The notes beneath the pieces were generated by a model that was given only the letters and a program-made list of their open reading frames with translations, ran no database searches and was not told the DNA's origin. DNA of 64,000 nucleotides from Gemmatimonadaceae bacterium (lineage in GTDB: Bacteria > Gemmatimonadota > Gemmatimonadetes > Gemmatimonadales > Gemmatimonadaceae): NCBI GenBank assembly GCA_045803545.1, contig JBJMOW010000004.1:352001-416000 (forward strand), in the 5' to 3' direction. Below, piece after piece: positions 38,170 through 46,938 of this stretch. The position numbers and the translations under genes were made by a program. Numbering within the stretch: position 1 is the stretch's first letter; the number at the start of each line of letters is the position of its first letter.

Positions 38170-39434
38170 TGCTACTCGCAATCGCTGCGCTGATACTGTC
38201 CCAAGCCACTACGAGCTTCGACGTCTCCGGCGTGCACGTCATACTGCGGCAAAACACCGCCAACAACGTCGTTGCCGCAAATCTCTATCTCCTGGGCGGC
38301 TCCCGGCAGGTGACAGACGCCAACGCCGGCATCGAGCCGATACTGCTCGACGTCTCCGAGCGTGGAACCCAGCACTATCCAAAAAATGCGCTGCGCCGCG
38401 CCATGTCCCGCTTGGGCAGCGAAATCGTCGTCACGCCCAACGCGGATTGGACGATGTTTGGAATTCGGTCAAGTGCTGAAGTCTTCGACTCGACGTGGGC
38501 GATCTTTGCTGATCGCGTGATGTATCCAACGCTTCCGCAGTCCGAAGTAAATCTGGTCAAGGCGCAGTATCTGTCGGGCATCAGGCAGCGTCGAGATGAC
38601 CCAGACGCGCTAGCTGACTACCTCGCCGACAGCATCACTTTTGTCGGGCATCCGTACGCCGTATCCGTAACCGGCAACGAGAAATCGATTCAATCGATCG
38701 ATTCGGCCGCGCTGCGCAATTATCACAGGAACCAGTTCGCGACATCGCGTATGCTGCTGGTAGTCGTGGGAAATATCGATCGCGCGCATATCGAGCGGCT
38801 CGTCAACCAGACACTCGGCAAGCTGCCGAAAGGCAACTACACCTGGACGGCGCCGCCGAGAATCCCGGAGGCACAGACGGCGCTCGTCATCGAAAGACGC
38901 AACCTGCCGACGAACTACATACTCGGCTACTACAGCGGACCACTGGCAAATGGTGAGGATTACCAGGCGCTGCGTGTCGCGACTTCGGTGCTTACCGGGC
39001 GCATGTTCGCGGAGATCAGAACCCGCCAGAATCTCACCTACGATGTGCACGCACCTTTTGTCGATCGAGCGGCAACTGCTGGTGGGCTCTATGTGTCGAC
39101 CGTCGCACCGGATACAACCCTCAAACTGATGCGTGCGGCGATTCTCGATTTACAGACGGGCACACTTGACCCCGTCGGGTTGAAACAGCTCGAGGAGCAA
39201 TTCATCACCGAGTATTTCCTGGATAACGAGACGAATGCGGCGCAGGCTGATTTCCTTGCGCGGTCGCAGCTGTACGAAGGTGATTATCGCGAAGCGGATC
39301 GCTTCGTTACCGAGCTAAAGCGCGTAACTCCGGAGGACGTGCAGCGCGTGGCGCGACGATACATGAAGAATTTCCGGTTCGCCTACGTCGGCGATCCATC
39401 GAAGCTCAACCCGGGCACTATCGCTCTATTCTAA
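38169..39434 (+). CDS. M16 peptidase partner subunit (no HXXEH)
   Basis: RMFAEIRTRQNLTY (R/Y pair), VTPEDVQRVARRY; translationally coupled to the upstream gene. Confidence 0.88.
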   Translation: MLLAIAALILSQATTSFDVSGVHVILRQNTANNVVAANLYLLGGSRQVTDANAGIEPILLDVSERGTQHYPKNALRRAMSRLGSEIVVTPNADWTMFGIRSSAEVFDSTWAIFADRVMYPTLPQSEVNLVKAQYLSGIRQRRDDPDALADYLADSITFVGHPYAVSVTGNEKSIQSIDSAALRNYHRNQFATSRMLLVVVGNIDRAHIERLVNQTLGKLPKGNYTWTAPPRIPEAQTALVIERRNLPTNYILGYYSGPLANGEDYQALRVATSVLTGRMFAEIRTRQNLTYDVHAPFVDRAATAGGLYVSTVAPDTTLKLMRAAILDLQTGTLDPVGLKQLEEQFITEYFLDNETNAAQADFLARSQLYEGDYREADRFVTELKRVTPEDVQRVARRYMKNFRFAYVGDPSKLNPGTIALF

Positions 39435-39440
39435 GGACCT

Positions 39441-40154
39441 CTACTCGGCGAATTCCTCAGCGGCGACCCAGGGGTCGATTGCGCCGGTATAGAGAGCAAT
39501 GCCAATGACCGCGGCGGCTACGCCACGGTCGGCAAGAGCGCGCAGGTGGTTGAGATTTCCGAGTCCGCCGCCCGCAAAAACGGGGAAATCTGCCGTTTCG
39601 ACGACGTCTTCCATCAATGGCAGGTCCGTTCCTCTCATCGCTTCCTCCCGATGGACTGCGGTTACAAGCACTCCGGCCAAGGGAAGGCCGCTTAGCTCCT
39701 CAATCAGGTCGAGAACCAGCTTAGGGTGAGTGCGAGTCCATCCGTGCGAAAGGATCTTTCGATCGCGGACATCAGCCGCAACAATGATCTGTCCAGGAAA
39801 TAGGCTGGTCATGTCGACGAGCCAATCCGGATCTTCCAATGCCCGGGTGCCGATGATCACCCGCTCAGCGCCGTTCATGAGTGCCTGTTCGATCGATTCT
39901 CTGCTTTTGATTCCTCCACCTAGCTGGACTTCCGCATCAGTGGCCCCCAAAACGCCTTGGATCTCCGCCAGGTTATTACCGCGTCCGGATACGCCATCGA
40001 GATCGACCAGGTGCAAATGGCGAAAGCCATACTGCCGCCAGGCGATGGCCACGCCGATAGGATCCGGGATGCGAATCACTTCCTGATCATACGAGCCGGC
40101 CGCGAGCTGGACGCATGCGCCTCCGCGAAGGTCGAGTGCAGGAATGGCGATCAT
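39441..40154 (-). CDS. hisA: HisA/HisF-family TIM-barrel protein (ProFAR isomerase-like)
   Basis: IPALDL.GGACVQL, HLVDLDG, QLGGGI, IIGTRA, G.ALYTG. Confidence 0.75.
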   Translation of the reverse strand: MIAIPALDLRGGACVQLAAGSYDQEVIRIPDPIGVAIAWRQYGFRHLHLVDLDGVSGRGNNLAEIQGVLGATDAEVQLGGGIKSRESIEQALMNGAERVIIGTRALEDPDWLVDMTSLFPGQIIVAADVRDRKILSHGWTRTHPKLVLDLIEELSGLPLAGVLVTAVHREEAMRGTDLPLMEDVVETADFPVFAGGGLGNLNHLRALADRGVAAAVIGIALYTGAIDPWVAAEEFAE

Positions 40155-40210
40155 CGACTTTTGTAAGGTTTGAAGGCACGGATCATGAGAGAGCGAAACT
40201 GCTGCTTTAA

Positions 40211-40244
40211 TTGCATGTCTGCGAGCTTGTGAATAAATTCACAA
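40211..40244 (+). promoter_or_regulatory. sigma70 promoter overlapped by a palindromic Rex/CRP-type operator
   Basis: TTGCAT-17 nt-TAAATT; TTGTGAATAAATTCACAA at 40227-40244. Confidence 0.75.
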
Positions 40245-40310
40245 TCTCTGTAACAGCGCAATCTTTTCTTTAGGAAGTGCAACACGTACGGCTCTGGGAG
40301 GCCACAAACG

Positions 40311-40841
40311 ATGCGGTTCTACGGATTTGCGGTAGCAGTTGGAGTGTTCACACTGGGCGCGTGTGCGGGCGGAGAGAAAAACCCCGCCGACACAACGCAC
40401 GTTGCCGTTGACACCAGCTCGGCGACAACAACTACTACCGGCGCAAGCTCGACGACGACCGGTACAGCAACTGGCGGTGCCGCGACTGCGGCTCCGGTAA
40501 CCGGCACGACCCACACGGTCAACATGGTGGGCGATGCCAAGGGCTATCGCTTCGAGCCAGCCAATGTCACGGTCAAGCAGGGCGATGCCATCAAGTTCGT
40601 GGTGGTCAGCGGTGGCCCGCACAACGTGGCCTTCGATCCAGCGACCATTCCGCCTGATGTGAAGCCGCAGCTCGATGCCAACATGGGTACCGACAAGATG
40701 GGAGAGCTCTCCAGTAACATGAAGATGAATCCGGGAGAAGCTGTCACAGTTTCCTTCGGCAACATCAAGCCCGGCCAATACCCTTTCCACTGTGTACCAC
40801 ACCTCGCGCTCAATATGAAGGGCGTGATCACCGTTCAGTAA
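40311..40841 (+). CDS. plastocyanin/azurin-type blue copper lipoprotein
   Basis: LGAC lipobox, Thr-rich linker, PHNVAF...CVPH....M copper ligands. Confidence 0.93.
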   Translation: MRFYGFAVAVGVFTLGACAGGEKNPADTTHVAVDTSSATTTTTGASSTTTGTATGGAATAAPVTGTTHTVNMVGDAKGYRFEPANVTVKQGDAIKFVVVSGGPHNVAFDPATIPPDVKPQLDANMGTDKMGELSSNMKMNPGEAVTVSFGNIKPGQYPFHCVPHLALNMKGVITVQ

Positions 40842-40850
40842 TGCTCGAAC

Positions 40851-40887
40851 AAAAAAAGGCGGAGCCTTAAAGCTCCGCCTTTTTTTT
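40851..40887. terminator. intrinsic (bidirectional-type) terminator
   Basis: A7-GGCGGAGC-loop-GCTCCGCC-T8. Confidence 0.92.
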
Positions 40888-40914
40888 GTCCAGTTTAGGG
40901 TGAATCTTTGACAG

Positions 40915-42639
40915 ATGAATGTTCATAGCATAGCTCGCATGAGCGGCGGGTCTGCCTACCTCTGGATGGCGGCACGTGCTCGTAATGCGCTACGACGGGT
41001 CCTGGTGTTTGGCATCGTCGGCGGTGTGACATTCATAGCTGCTCTGATTGCCTTCGTAGTGGTACCAAGAAGCGCATCGAGAAAAGCTCTTGCGGTTGCC
41101 TCCCGCATCGAAACCCGCAGTGACTCTGCACCAGAGGTGGCAGCGCGAGACAGATTTCTGACACAAACGAATACCGCTGATTCGATAATGAACGCGACGC
41201 GTGCTGCATTGGCGCCGCAACCGGTCGCAGTGATCGACACGTTTCCTCCAGCAGTGCGTGCTCAGCGTGACTCGTTGAGCGCGGAGTTGACGACGCTCAA
41301 TCGACTCATCGACCGTGCTGAGAACGCGCCGCTGCCGACGTCGTACAGAGCACTCGCAGCCTCACCGACGGTTGCGGCGGATCCGCGCGTGCGCGCGCTA
41401 CTCGATTCCCTCGCCGACATCGAGCGTGAGCGAAATGCATTTGGTGCTGTTGGCGGGGTTGATCCAGTGTATTTGTCGCTCACTTCCCGGGCGACTGCCA
41501 TAGGACGCGAGATAAAGGGAATCGCGGACGCCAAACGTGGCGAAATGCGAGGTAAACTCGCACTAATCCGGCCGACGCCCGCGCCGGTAGTGAAGCCTGT
41601 CATCAACGTCGACACCAACCAGGTGCTGGCGCAGAGGTCGGCGGCGCAGCGCCAGTACGCTGCCGCAATGAGCCAACTTGAGCAGATAAGACAGAAAAAT
41701 CTGCGCATCGATCAAGAGACAGCTCGCGCACGCGAGCTGGCGAACGTGGGTGCGCCGCCCTGGGCGATGTTGGCCGCGGCGGTCGTGTTGGCACTCGCTG
41801 TTGGATTTGCGGCTTCGTTCGGGACAGAGCTCAAGCGACCGCATATTGCTGATCCGCGTGAAGCAGAACAAATCAGCAACGCCCGTGTCCTGACAGTCAT
41901 CAAACCGCCGGAGATAGTTGTCGAAAGAAGTCGGAGACAGGCGGACGTCGAGGCGCCGCCCCTGATCGACGTGGTTTCGGAGAGCTACCGCACGCTGTAT
42001 CTCCACATCGCGTCCGTTGAGGCAAGCGTGCCGATCGTTACCATCACTGGTGACGATCCTGGTATTGTCGCTACCGTCGCTGCGAACCTCGCAGCATCCG
42101 CTGCCTACGAGGCCAGAAGTACTTTGCTGGTTGATGTCGATCCAACCACGTGCGCTGTGGCGAGTGTGTTGCGCATTCGACCCGATCCGGGCCTGGGCGG
42201 AATCATCAATGGCACTGCTAACTGGCCCGAGGCGATCGTACCGACGACTATAGGCCGCGACCGTCCGCTGGATGTGTTGCCGAGCGGTACCAGACGCTCC
42301 GGAATGCCGGAAACGAATGTGGTCGAGGAAGTGAAGAAAGAGCTGGCCCGGCTGCAGCGGCGTTACGACTTCATCATCATCGCAGCACCGACCAGCTATG
42401 TGCAGCGAAGCGCCGCCAGCATTATTCCCGCTCCCGACGTAATCCTATGCGCGCGGATGGCGCATACTACAATCGGCGGCCTCAAATCAGCAGTCGAGGG
42501 CCTGAGGGCAGCGGACATGCGAATCCACGGACTCGTCCTCTGGGACGCGGAAATGCCGCAGCTGGAGACTCGGGAGGAAATGCTCGGCGCTTCGCGACAG
42601 GCGGAATCCTTCCGGCCAGAGTTAGCGACTGCTCAGTAA
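40915..42639 (+). CDS. Wzc/CapB-like membrane protein with degenerate P-loop kinase domain
   Basis: Two TMs flanking a helical domain; ESYRTL, AANLA, LLVDVD, PGL, LDVLPSG, YDFIII. Confidence 0.75.
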   Translation: MNVHSIARMSGGSAYLWMAARARNALRRVLVFGIVGGVTFIAALIAFVVVPRSASRKALAVASRIETRSDSAPEVAARDRFLTQTNTADSIMNATRAALAPQPVAVIDTFPPAVRAQRDSLSAELTTLNRLIDRAENAPLPTSYRALAASPTVAADPRVRALLDSLADIERERNAFGAVGGVDPVYLSLTSRATAIGREIKGIADAKRGEMRGKLALIRPTPAPVVKPVINVDTNQVLAQRSAAQRQYAAAMSQLEQIRQKNLRIDQETARARELANVGAPPWAMLAAAVVLALAVGFAASFGTELKRPHIADPREAEQISNARVLTVIKPPEIVVERSRRQADVEAPPLIDVVSESYRTLYLHIASVEASVPIVTITGDDPGIVATVAANLAASAAYEARSTLLVDVDPTTCAVASVLRIRPDPGLGGIINGTANWPEAIVPTTIGRDRPLDVLPSGTRRSGMPETNVVEEVKKELARLQRRYDFIIIAAPTSYVQRSAASIIPAPDVILCARMAHTTIGGLKSAVEGLRAADMRIHGLVLWDAEMPQLETREEMLGASRQAESFRPELATAQ

Positions 42640-42646
42640 TCAGTAA

Positions 42647-43138
42647 ATGGCAGAAACAATTCCGGATCTGCGCGGACTTCCCAAAGCTCACGCGTATTCC
42701 GAGCTGGCAGGCCACACCGATGCAATCCTCGCAGGTGTAGATGATGTTGTGACCGCTATGTCGACCATCGCTTCTCTCGTTCACCATGCCTTCGGACATC
42801 TTTGGACCGGCTTCTACCGCGTGGTCGTGCCCGGTCAACTACTTCGTGTGGGTCCGTACCAGGGCACGCTGGGATGCATCGATATTGCGTTCGGACAGGG
42901 AGTCTGTGGGACCGCGGCTGCGGAAATGCGAACCGTTGTGGTCCCAAATGTCGCGGAGTTTCCCGGACATATAACGTGCGATTGCCGATCAAAGTCGGAG
43001 ATCGTTGTCCCGGTGCGTGACAGAAAGGGTGATCTGCTGGCGGTCTTCGACGTAGATTCTGAAAAGTTCAATTCGTTCGACATAGACGACCAGCAGGGTC
43101 TGGAAAACTTGATGTCCTGGTTCGCAGCCACCGCGTAA
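42647..43138 (+). CDS. msrC: GAF-domain free methionine-R-sulfoxide reductase-like
   Basis: WTGFY, GPYQG..GC, GQGVCG.AA, HITCD..SKSEIVVP. Confidence 0.82.
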   Translation: MAETIPDLRGLPKAHAYSELAGHTDAILAGVDDVVTAMSTIASLVHHAFGHLWTGFYRVVVPGQLLRVGPYQGTLGCIDIAFGQGVCGTAAAEMRTVVVPNVAEFPGHITCDCRSKSEIVVPVRDRKGDLLAVFDVDSEKFNSFDIDDQQGLENLMSWFAATA

Positions 43139-43746
43139 TGCCCCTCTCCGGCTACTCTGACGTCATCAATCACGCGCTCGCCTTCGCGGCAAAGCATCAC
43201 GACCGTCAGGTGAGAAAGGGGACTAAGCTTCCCTACCTCACGCATCCGGCGAATGTGGCTATCATCCTCACGCGCTATGGCCAGGATACCGAGACGGTGG
43301 TCGCCGGTATTCTGCACGACGTGGTCGAGGACTGTGTTCGCGACGGCTATACCCGACAGATGCTCGAGCAAAGAATCGGTGACAAGTTCGGTCCGAACGT
43401 TCTGGAAACGGTGCTCACCGTTACGTACCGTCGGCACGACGATGATGGTGTCGAGCTTTCGGGTGACGACCGGCGCTCAGATTACCTCGAGCGACTCGCC
43501 GATGCGAGCGAGGGAGCGCGTTGGGTCTGCGCGGCAGACAAGCTGCACAATGCGTCGTCGATAATCTCCGACCTGCGACGGACGGTCGACCCCGACAGCG
43601 TGTGGACGCGGTTCAATCTCGGTAAGGCCGGGACGGCCCGGTGGTACCGCGATGTGTACGAGCGGCTGCGTGAGCTGGGTTTCAAAGCGCCAATCATGGC
43701 AGAACTCGACGCCGTGTCAGCGGAGCTCGCGAAATTTGCTGCCTGA
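43138..43746 (+). CDS. HD-domain small alarmone hydrolase (Mesh1-like)
   Basis: H..Q.RKG...PY..HP, LHDVVED, ADKLHN; no synthetase domain. Confidence 0.82.
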   Translation: MPLSGYSDVINHALAFAAKHHDRQVRKGTKLPYLTHPANVAIILTRYGQDTETVVAGILHDVVEDCVRDGYTRQMLEQRIGDKFGPNVLETVLTVTYRRHDDDGVELSGDDRRSDYLERLADASEGARWVCAADKLHNASSIISDLRRTVDPDSVWTRFNLGKAGTARWYRDVYERLRELGFKAPIMAELDAVSAELAKFAA

Positions 43747-44982
43747 CTAGGTGAGCGCTGCGGTTCTGTCTGCGCCGTAAGTCCTCTCGACATAGTCGTC
43801 GAGAATCTTGAGAAACTCGGGAACGATCCCGTCGCCTTTGAGCGTCACCGACAGTTTGCCATCGATGTAGACCGGTGCTTTCGGCTCTTCGAACGTACCG
43901 GGTAAAGAGATTCCGATGTTTGCGTGCTTGGACTCCCCGGGCCCGTTGACTACGCAACCCATCACTGCGACTCGCATGTCGACCACGCGCGGATAACGCT
44001 GACGCCAAATCGGCATCTGCTCTCGCAGGTAGGTCTGAATGTCTTCCGCCATGTGCTGGAAGAAAGTCGATGTGGTGCGGCCGCAGCCGGGACAGGCGGT
44101 TACCTGTGGCGTGAAGCTTTGTAGTTCGAGCGACTGTAGAATCTGCTGCGCGACGCGCACTTCTTCGGTGCGATCACCGCCTGGACGCGGCGTAAGCGAG
44201 ACGCGAATGGTGTCACCAATCCCCTCCATCAGCAGGATCGACAATGCAGCGGTGCTGGCGATGATTCCCTTCGAGCCGAGACCTGCTTCGGTAAGGCCAA
44301 GATGAAGCGGGTAGTCGCAGCGCGCGGCAAGCCGGCGGTACACGGTGAGTAAATCCGGCACGCCCGACACCTTTGCAGAAATTACAATGCGATCGTGCCC
44401 GAGGCCCATCTCTTCGGCGATTCCAGCCGACCTGAGCGCACTCTGCAGCATTGCCTCGATGTAGACGTCTTTTGCTTCGCTCGCCTCGGTGCTTTTCGCA
44501 TTCTCATCCATTAGCTCGGTCAAAAGATCCTGGTCCAGCGAACCCCAATTGACGCCGATGCGGACCGGTTTTCCGTTGTCGAGCGCGACCTGGATGATGG
44601 TTCGGAAATTCTCGTCGCGCCGTTTACTGCCGACGTTACCCGGATTGATGCGGTATTTCGCCAGCGCTTTCGCCGCAGCCGGATACTTGGTGAGCAGTAG
44701 ATGGCCGTTGTAATGAAAGTCACCAATGACGGGCACGGTCACACCCATGTCGGCAAGGCGGCTCGCGATTTCGGGGACTGCACGCGCCGCCTCGTCGTTG
44801 TTGACGGTGACGCGAACGAGCTGACTACCGGCTCGGGTGAGATCCGCGACCTGAAGTGCGGTCGCGACCGCGTCCGCGGTATCCGTGTTCGTCATCGACT
44901 GCACGACAACGGGATAGGCGGACCCGACGGGGACGTCGCCGACGAATGCGGTTGGGGTCTTTCTGCGGTGAATGCTGGACAA
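43747..44982 (-). CDS. ispG: (E)-4-hydroxy-3-methylbut-2-enyl-diphosphate synthase (start uncertain; frame open to 45036)
   Basis: [39 protein letters not shown]. Confidence 0.96.
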   Translation of the reverse strand: MSSIHRRKTPTAFVGDVPVGSAYPVVVQSMTNTDTADAVATALQVADLTRAGSQLVRVTVNNDEAARAVPEIASRLADMGVTVPVIGDFHYNGHLLLTKYPAAAKALAKYRINPGNVGSKRRDENFRTIIQVALDNGKPVRIGVNWGSLDQDLLTELMDENAKSTEASEAKDVYIEAMLQSALRSAGIAEEMGLGHDRIVISAKVSGVPDLLTVYRRLAARCDYPLHLGLTEAGLGSKGIIASTAALSILLMEGIGDTIRVSLTPRPGGDRTEEVRVAQQILQSLELQSFTPQVTACPGCGRTTSTFFQHMAEDIQTYLREQMPIWRQRYPRVVDMRVAVMGCVVNGPGESKHANIGISLPGTFEEPKAPVYIDGKLSVTLKGDGIVPEFLKILDDYVERTYGADRTAALT

Positions 44983-45080
44983 CTGGGCTGGTCTGTGGTG
45001 AAAATGAAAGCTAATTCGCTGGCCTGAGCACTGCATAAAGGAGCAGTTGACTTCCCTGCCTCATCCAAACCGGAGTCTGG

Positions 45081-45521
45081 ATGGTCGATGATACCCCACA
45101 GCCGGCAGAAACTTCGCCAGCCGTTGCACCACCCGCGTCAGCACCGCACCGGACGCGGAACAAAGCACTGACTGTTCTTCTCCTCCTCACCCTTATCCCG
45201 GTGGTGGTAATCGCGCTGTGGATTTGGGTCGCGCTGGGATACACCTATTCGAACGGCGAGCGAGCGGGATATCTGCAGAAGATTTCCAAGAAGGGATGGC
45301 TCTGTAAGACGTGGGAAGGAGAGATTGCGATGACGCCACTACCCGGAGCAACACCGCAGTACTTCTCGTTCACGGTTAGAAATGACTCGTTAGCGCACGT
45401 GCTCGAACAAAACGCAGGCAAACAAGTGTCACTCACGTATGACCAGCATCGGGGCATACCGACGAGTTGTTTCGGCGAGACTGAGTATTTCGTAACGGCA
45501 GTGCGCAGAATAACCCCGTGA
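45081..45521 (+). CDS. conserved hypothetical single-TM protein
   Basis: TM then YS.GERAG..QK.SKKGWLCKTWEGE...F.FTV. Confidence 0.75.
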   Translation: MVDDTPQPAETSPAVAPPASAPHRTRNKALTVLLLLTLIPVVVIALWIWVALGYTYSNGERAGYLQKISKKGWLCKTWEGEIAMTPLPGATPQYFSFTVRNDSLAHVLEQNAGKQVSLTYDQHRGIPTSCFGETEYFVTAVRRITP

Positions 45522-45530
45522 TTCTGTCTA

Positions 45531-45559
45531 TTGTCTGCTCAGCCGGGACTAGCTATTTT
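45531..45559 (+). promoter_or_regulatory. sigma70-like promoter of the cold-shock gene
   Basis: TTGTCT-17 nt-TATTTT, about 140 nt upstream of the ATG. Confidence 0.55.
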
Positions 45560-45699
45560 GTCCGCCAAGTCAGGCCAGGGCAGGGCAACTGCTTTGCTCG
45601 GCTTTTTTCCAGCGCGAGGTAGCTGAGACTCGCGTAACAGATTGTCGAGGGTCGGGCGTTCCGCGCTCCCCAAGACACAAATTTCTTCAGGAGTAGGGA

Positions 45700-45909
45700 A
45701 TGCGTACGACCGGCAAAGTGAAGTGGTTCAACGACGCGAAGGGTTTTGGATTCATCACACCTGACAACGGGCAGAAGGATTGCTTCGTTCACTACAGCGC
45801 CATCTCCGGCTCGGGATTCAAATCCCTTGCTGAAGGCGATGCTGTGGAGTTCGACATCGTCGAAGGTCAGAAAGGCCCAGCTGCCGAGAACGTGACGAAG
45901 GCTTCCTAA
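45700..45909 (+). CDS. cold-shock protein (CspA family)
   Basis: [15 protein letters not shown] (RNP1), DCFVHYS (RNP2), GPAAENV. Confidence 0.97.
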   Translation: MRTTGKVKWFNDAKGFGFITPDNGQKDCFVHYSAISGSGFKSLAEGDAVEFDIVEGQKGPAAENVTKAS

Positions 45910-45910
45910 G

Positions 45911-46339
45911 TCACACCAGCTTCACTGGCACAATCTGGCGGGGCGTCTCAATCGAGACGCCCGTTGTTTTTTGTGGTGGGCGACCGCGACGCGGAAGTGG
46001 GGCCATCTCGACTGCGTGCTCGAGGCGCTCAAGGAGCACGGCCTCAATATGCTGGAGATCGATCTCCAGCGTGACGCCGAGAGAGAGCTTGAATCGCCCG
46101 TGGGCTTTTATGATCTGAGTGCCGACATCCACGGCATTCCCAACTGGGACGTCTAGGTCGTGGATCAGGGTGAGCGCGATGGACAGAATGATGAGCGATT
46201 CGACGGAAAGCTTTCGGGCGATCCCCTGTCGAGCTTGAGTTACCCCTTGCACGCCAAAGTGGGATAAGGTATTGTCGATCCACTTAGGTGAGACGTTAAG
46301 GGCAAGTGCAGCAGTAGCAACAGTATATGCGCGAGGCAC
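45911..46339 (-). CDS. hypothetical protein with MerR/excisionase-like N-terminal HTH
   Basis: YTVATAALALNVSPKWIDN; C-terminal RRGRPP. Confidence 0.65.
   Translation of the reverse strand: MPRAYTVATAALALNVSPKWIDNTLSHFGVQGVTQARQGIARKLSVESLIILSIALTLIHDLDVPVGNAVDVGTQIIKAHGRFKLSLGVTLEIDLQHIEAVLLERLEHAVEMAPLPRRGRPPQKTTGVSIETPRQIVPVKLV
45939..45972 (+). terminator. intrinsic terminator of the csp gene
   Basis: GGGCGTCTC-AATC-GAGACGCCC followed by GTTGTTTTTT. Confidence 0.8.
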
Positions 46340-46398
46340 TAATTATCCTAGCGAACAAGGATATTTAACGCAACTTCAAACATGACCCGAGCACCGCT

Positions 46399-46938
46399 AT
46401 GAGAAAACTTCTGGTTTTGTTTTTGGCCTTTGCGGCACTAGTCCCTTCTTTGGCATCAGCTCAAAAAGGCTATGCACTTGGAGTCGGCGGAGGCGCCGCG
46501 ATACCCGTAGGCAAGTTGGGCGATCTTCAAAAGACTGGATACTCAGCGCTGGTCACCCTCGCCCTCGGCTCACCCGACTTTCCCATTGGAATGCGTATTG
46601 ATGGGATATACAATAATCTAACTCACGCTACGCCGGCACCCGGTGCGGCGGCCGGGGATTTACGTGTTGCGGGTGCGTTACTCGATCTCGTTTACGCCTT
46701 TCCCGGCACGTATGCCAAGCCCTACCTGCTGGCGGGAGCTGGATGGTATGGATCAAAGGTCGATACCGCCGGCGCGATAGCGCAAAACAACGTTGGATTC
46801 AACGGTGGACTGGGGATCACCTTTGGATTTGGTCCAGCGGCTGCCTTCCTCGAAGCTCGATACCACTCTGTTTCGCGCACGGTCACGAAAGGCGGCGTGT
46901 TCCAGTTTGTGCCGATTACGTTCGGCTTGATGTTCTAA
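46399..46938 (+). CDS. outer-membrane beta-barrel protein
   Basis: Signal peptide, KPYLLAGAG, FLEARY, terminal Phe. Confidence 0.85.
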   Translation: MRKLLVLFLAFAALVPSLASAQKGYALGVGGGAAIPVGKLGDLQKTGYSALVTLALGSPDFPIGMRIDGIYNNLTHATPAPGAAAGDLRVAGALLDLVYAFPGTYAKPYLLAGAGWYGSKVDTAGAIAQNNVGFNGGLGITFGFGPAAAFLEARYHSVSRTVTKGGVFQFVPITFGLMF

